The translations under genes and the position numbers were made by a program. Below are positions 60,112-64,000 of a stretch of 64,000 nucleotides of DNA, piece after piece (positions within the stretch are counted from its first letter, which is position 1; every line of letters starts with the position of its first letter). The notes beneath the pieces were generated by a model, which saw only the letters and a list, made by a program, of their open reading frames with translations, searched no databases and was not told the DNA's origin. This DNA is from Octopus sinensis. Taxonomy: Eukaryota. The stretch spans positions 164,734,001-164,798,000 of the forward strand of contig NC_043000.1 of the NCBI RefSeq assembly GCF_006345805.1, written 5' to 3'.

Positions 60112-63100
60112 TAAGGTTTTAGAGCTAGTGAGGATGTGCGATAGAGTACTTAAACTCAGGCTAGTCTTGCAGAATGGTACAGCTTCAATTATCTGTGCCT
60201 ACACCCCACAAGCGGGCCTACCAAATGAACAGAGGGATATTCTTCTGCGGGCTACCTCAAAGACAATTGACAATGATCTCATCTTTGTGGATGGAGATTT
60301 TAATGGGCATATCTGACAGCAACCTGATATCTTCCATGGTGTACATGGGGGCCATGTAGTTGCTACCAGAAATGAAGAGGAAACTAGGCTCCTGGAGTTC
60401 TGCATTGCAAATAACCTATTGATCTGCTACACCAACTTCAGGAAGCCAACTAGCCACCTGATAACCTATCAATCAGGTGACTTCGCTAGCCAGATTGATT
60501 TCATTCTTACCAGACAGTGGGATGCATGGTTGCTTTTAAATAGAATGACCCTCCCTGATGAAGAATGTACTCCCCCCCCAACATAGACTAGTTATAAGTG
60601 ACATTAGATTTGAGGCCAGAAGGATACCAAAAACCAGACCAATCTGGAAAAGAAGGACTTGGAAGCTTAGGAGCCCTTCACATGGTCAGGGATTTAGGGA
60701 TATCTTTACTGAGAAATTTGATGATAGAGAGGAGGAGCTACAGTCCTGTGACATAGAAGGCACTTGGGAATTCCAGCAAGACAGCTTGCTGAGTGTCACA
60801 GACCAAATCTGTGGATGGTGAAAAGTCCCTTCCAAAGCTAGGGTAACATGGTGGTGGAACAATACTGTAGACAGGGCTATTAGAGCAAAGAAACAGGCCT
60901 GGAAGAGTGGAGGTAGCAGGAGAATGTATCAGATAGCCAAAAGGAAGTTAAGAGACAGGTATATATAGCCAAGGGAGTAGCAGAAAAGAAGTTTGCCAAT
61001 GTTCAGTGACACGAGGACCAGAGAACTAAAGTATTTCGGATTGCAAGACAGTGTGTGAGAGAAAACCGTGCTGTCATTGGAGAGAAATGTGTCCACGTGG
61101 ATGTTGGTGCCCTTGCGTTTCATGGTTCTGCAAAGAAAGAGGCTTGGAGACTGCTGAATGTGGAGAATGAATGGGAGGAGGAGAGTCTGCCAAAGGTTGA
61201 CCCAGTTGAGGGACTAGCTATTCAAATCGACAGTATCCTGGTAGATGAAGCAATCAAGGATATGAAGGCAGGGAAAGCACCTGGCCCTTTTGGGAATCAT
61301 TGCTGGGATGCTTAAAATATCTGGCTGTGTGGGTTATGATCTTCCCACCCGTATCATAAATCAGGTAGTTCATGAAGGTGTCATACCCAATGACTGGTGT
61401 AGTAGCACCATAGTCTACTACTACAAGGGGAAAGGTGATGCTTTAGATAGAAATAATTACAGACGTATCAAGTTATTGGATCAGGTGATGAAAGTTACAG
61501 AGAGGGTCAAATGCCAACTAATTGGGGATAGAGTTAGCCTAGATGAGATGGAGGAGAAATTTCTAGCAAAGCTAAACTTTTGTACTTGGCTTTTGTTGAC
61601 TTGGAGAAAGTCTTTGATAGCATCTCCCGACCTCTTATCTGGGAATAGATGAGTGGCTCGTAAGAGCTGTACAAGCTCTGTACAGGGACGCTGTCAGTAA
61701 GGTGAGGATTGGTAATGAGTAGAAGTAGGGGTTCACCAAGGATCAGTCCTCAGCCCCCTCTTATTCATTATAGTCCTCCAGGCAATAACAGAGGAATTCA
61801 AGACAGGCTGCCCCTGGGAGCTCCTCTATGCTGATGACCTTACTCAGGTAGATGGCCTTGCTCGATCTGTAGAAAAGGCGTGGGTAGCAACTCCATACAA
61901 TGTACTTAGTGTAAGCTATGGACACATAGGAGGTGCAGCAATATCAAGGGAAGGCTAGCTAGGAAGACAGTTTTTGTGTTTGTCAGATGCACTGGGGCAA
62001 TAAACACTGAAGATGTACAGAAAACAGATTCCATCACATGCCAGGGAGAGAAAAAAGTCTGTAGTGGGGGTGGTTGCTCTGTGAGTGTATTGACTAGAGT
62101 AATAATAGCCTGGACAAAGTTCAGGGAGCTTCTACTTCTGCTGGCAACAAAGAGCCTCTCACTCAGGGTGAAAGGTAGACTGTATGATGCATGTGTGTGA
62201 ACTGCCATGCTACATGGCAGTGAAACATGGGCCATGAATGCTGAGGACATGCGTAGGCTTCAAAGAAATGAAGCCAGAATGATCCACTGGATGTGTAATG
62301 TCAGTGTGCATACAGAACAGAGTGTAAATGCCCTGAGAGAAAAGTTGGGCATAAGAAACATCAAATGTGGTTGGCAAGAGAGGCGACTGTGCTGGTTTGG
62401 CCATGTGTTACATATGAATGAAGACAGCTGTGTGAGGAAGTGCCACTCCCTAACTGTAGAAGGAACCTGTGGAAGAGGTAGACCCTGGAAGACATGGGAT
62501 GAGGTGGTGAAGCATGACCATCAAACATTGGACTTCACAGAGGCAATGACAGAAGACCGGGAAGTTTGGAGATATGATGTGATTGAGAAGACTCGGCAAC
62601 TAAAGTGAGATCGCAGCCACACACGTCCAGCCCTGTTAAGAATACCCCTGATGCATTGGGCAATATGATATGCTTGAGAATACCTGTTGAGCCAAGCAAA
62701 ACCAATATCGTAGCTGGGGCTGGTGGCTCCTGCGCTGATGGCATGTAAAAAGCACCATCCAAACATGGTCGATGCCAGGTCTGCCTGATTGGCTCCTGTG
62801 CCAGTGGTATATAAAAGGCACCGACCGATCGTGACCGATGTCAGTACCCCCTGACTGGCTCCTGTGCCAGTGGCACATAATAAGCACCATCCGAATGTGT
62901 TTGTTGCCAGGCCAGCCTTACTGGATCCGGTATCGGTGGCATGTAAAAAGCACCAACCTACTGTTACTGACGCCAGTACCCCCCTTACTGGCTCCTGTGC
63001 TGGTGGCATGTAAAAAGCACCCACTACACTCTCGGAGTGGTTGGCCTTAGGAAGGGCATCGAGCTGTAGAAACTCTGCCGGATCAGATTGGAGCCTGGTG

Positions 63101-63170
63101 CAGCTGCCGGCTCTCCAGACCCCAGTCAAACCCATGCCAGCATGGAAAGCAGACGTTAATTGATGATGAC
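60112..63170 (+). mobile_element. Remainder of the RTE LINE, decayed, with 3' UTR tandem units and (GAT)n tail
   Basis: ICAYTPQ, GDFNGH, KGKGDAL..NYR.IKLL, MLHGSETW, RGRPWKTW; 3' ggttggccttaggaagggcatc. Confidence 0.85.
62725..63021 (+). repeat. 66-bp-period tandem array: five 32-nt conserved motifs separated by 34-35-nt variable segments
   Basis: Motif GGCTCCTGTGCCRGTGGCAYGTAAAAAGCACC at 62725, 62791, 62857, 62923, 62990. Confidence 0.85.
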
Positions 63171-63279
63171 ATACATGTGTATATATATAGATGTGTATAT
63201 TTCTATATATATATATATCATCATTATTTAACTCTGTTGTCATGCTTTCACCCATGCTGTCATGGGTTGGACTCTGTGG

Positions 63280-63750
63280 AAGACATAGGACGAAGTGGTG
63301 AAGCATGATCTCTAAACGTTGGGCCTCATGAAGGCAATGTCGCTGATGATTTTGTTGCAAGCTTTAGGCTTCACAAAGGTAGTGTGGCTGATAGTGGTAT
63401 CTAGCATCTTGTCTGGTGGCACATAGAAAGCATCTGTCAAGCGTTGAACTACACAAAGGCAATGTCAGATGAATAAGACCTCTTGCAATATGATGTGCTT
63501 TAGAAGAAGACCCATCTAGCCAAGTGAAATTGTAATCATGGTAGATACTGGTGTCACGCAACCAGCACCTATGCTGGTGGCACGTAAGGGCATCGATTAT
63601 ACTCTCGGAGTGGTTGGCATTAGGAAGGGTATCCAACAATAGAAACCATGCCAAATCAGACTACAGTCTGGTGCAGCCCCTCAACTTACCAGCTGTGGTC
63701 AAATCATTCAACCCATGCCAGTATGGACAACGTGGTTAAGTGATGATGAT
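63280..63750 (+). mobile_element. Further RTE 3' end fragments
   Basis: Repeats segments of ~62500-63170. Confidence 0.65.
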
Positions 63751-63787
63751 GATGTGTGTGGATATAAGTAAATGTGTGTGTGTGTGT

Positions 63788-64000
63788 GGAGGTGCAATGG
63801 CCCACTGGTTAGTGCAGCGGACTCGCGGTCATAGGATCACAGTTTCGATTCCCAGACTGGGCGTTCTGAGTGTTTATTGAGCGAAATCACCTAAAGTTCC
63901 ACGAGGCTCTGGCAGGGGGTGGTGGTGTTCCCTGCTGTACTCTTTCGCCACAACTTTCTCTTACTCTTTCTTCTGTTGGCCTGCTCACTTAGCCAGCAGG
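63788..64000 (+). mobile_element. tRNA-derived SINE, third family, cut by the window edge
   Basis: tRNA-like head ggtgcaatggcccactggttag...gtttcgattccc. Confidence 0.6.

Noticed and set aside
62725-63021. True CRISPR array
   Set aside because: Eukaryotic LINE context, mutually homologous spacers, degenerate repeats and no cas genes

Overview
Eukaryotic, AT-rich, almost wholly transposon-derived DNA. I recognise no host gene. The SINE families, microsatellite load and TTAGGG repeats fit a mollusc, probably a coleoid cephalopod such as Octopus (inference). Contents: CR1-type LINEs (one near full length), RTE LINEs, Tx1/L1-like LINEs in (TATC)n, a stack of R4/Dong-type RLE LINEs in (TAA)n beside an interstitial telomeric tract, four Penelope-like element (PLE) remnants, a decayed piggyBac, a non-autonomous Helitron, an OTU-linked Helitron Rep remnant, tRNA-derived SINEs and several long inverted repeats. 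The strongest signal is a set of minimal type I hammerhead ribozyme (HHR) motifs. One is fully canonical and is present on both strands of a 253-bp-arm palindrome. A related palindrome folds back about 9 nt from the predicted cleavage site, which suggests cDNA snap-back on ribozyme-processed RNA. All folds and alignments were done by eye, and many boundaries are approximate.
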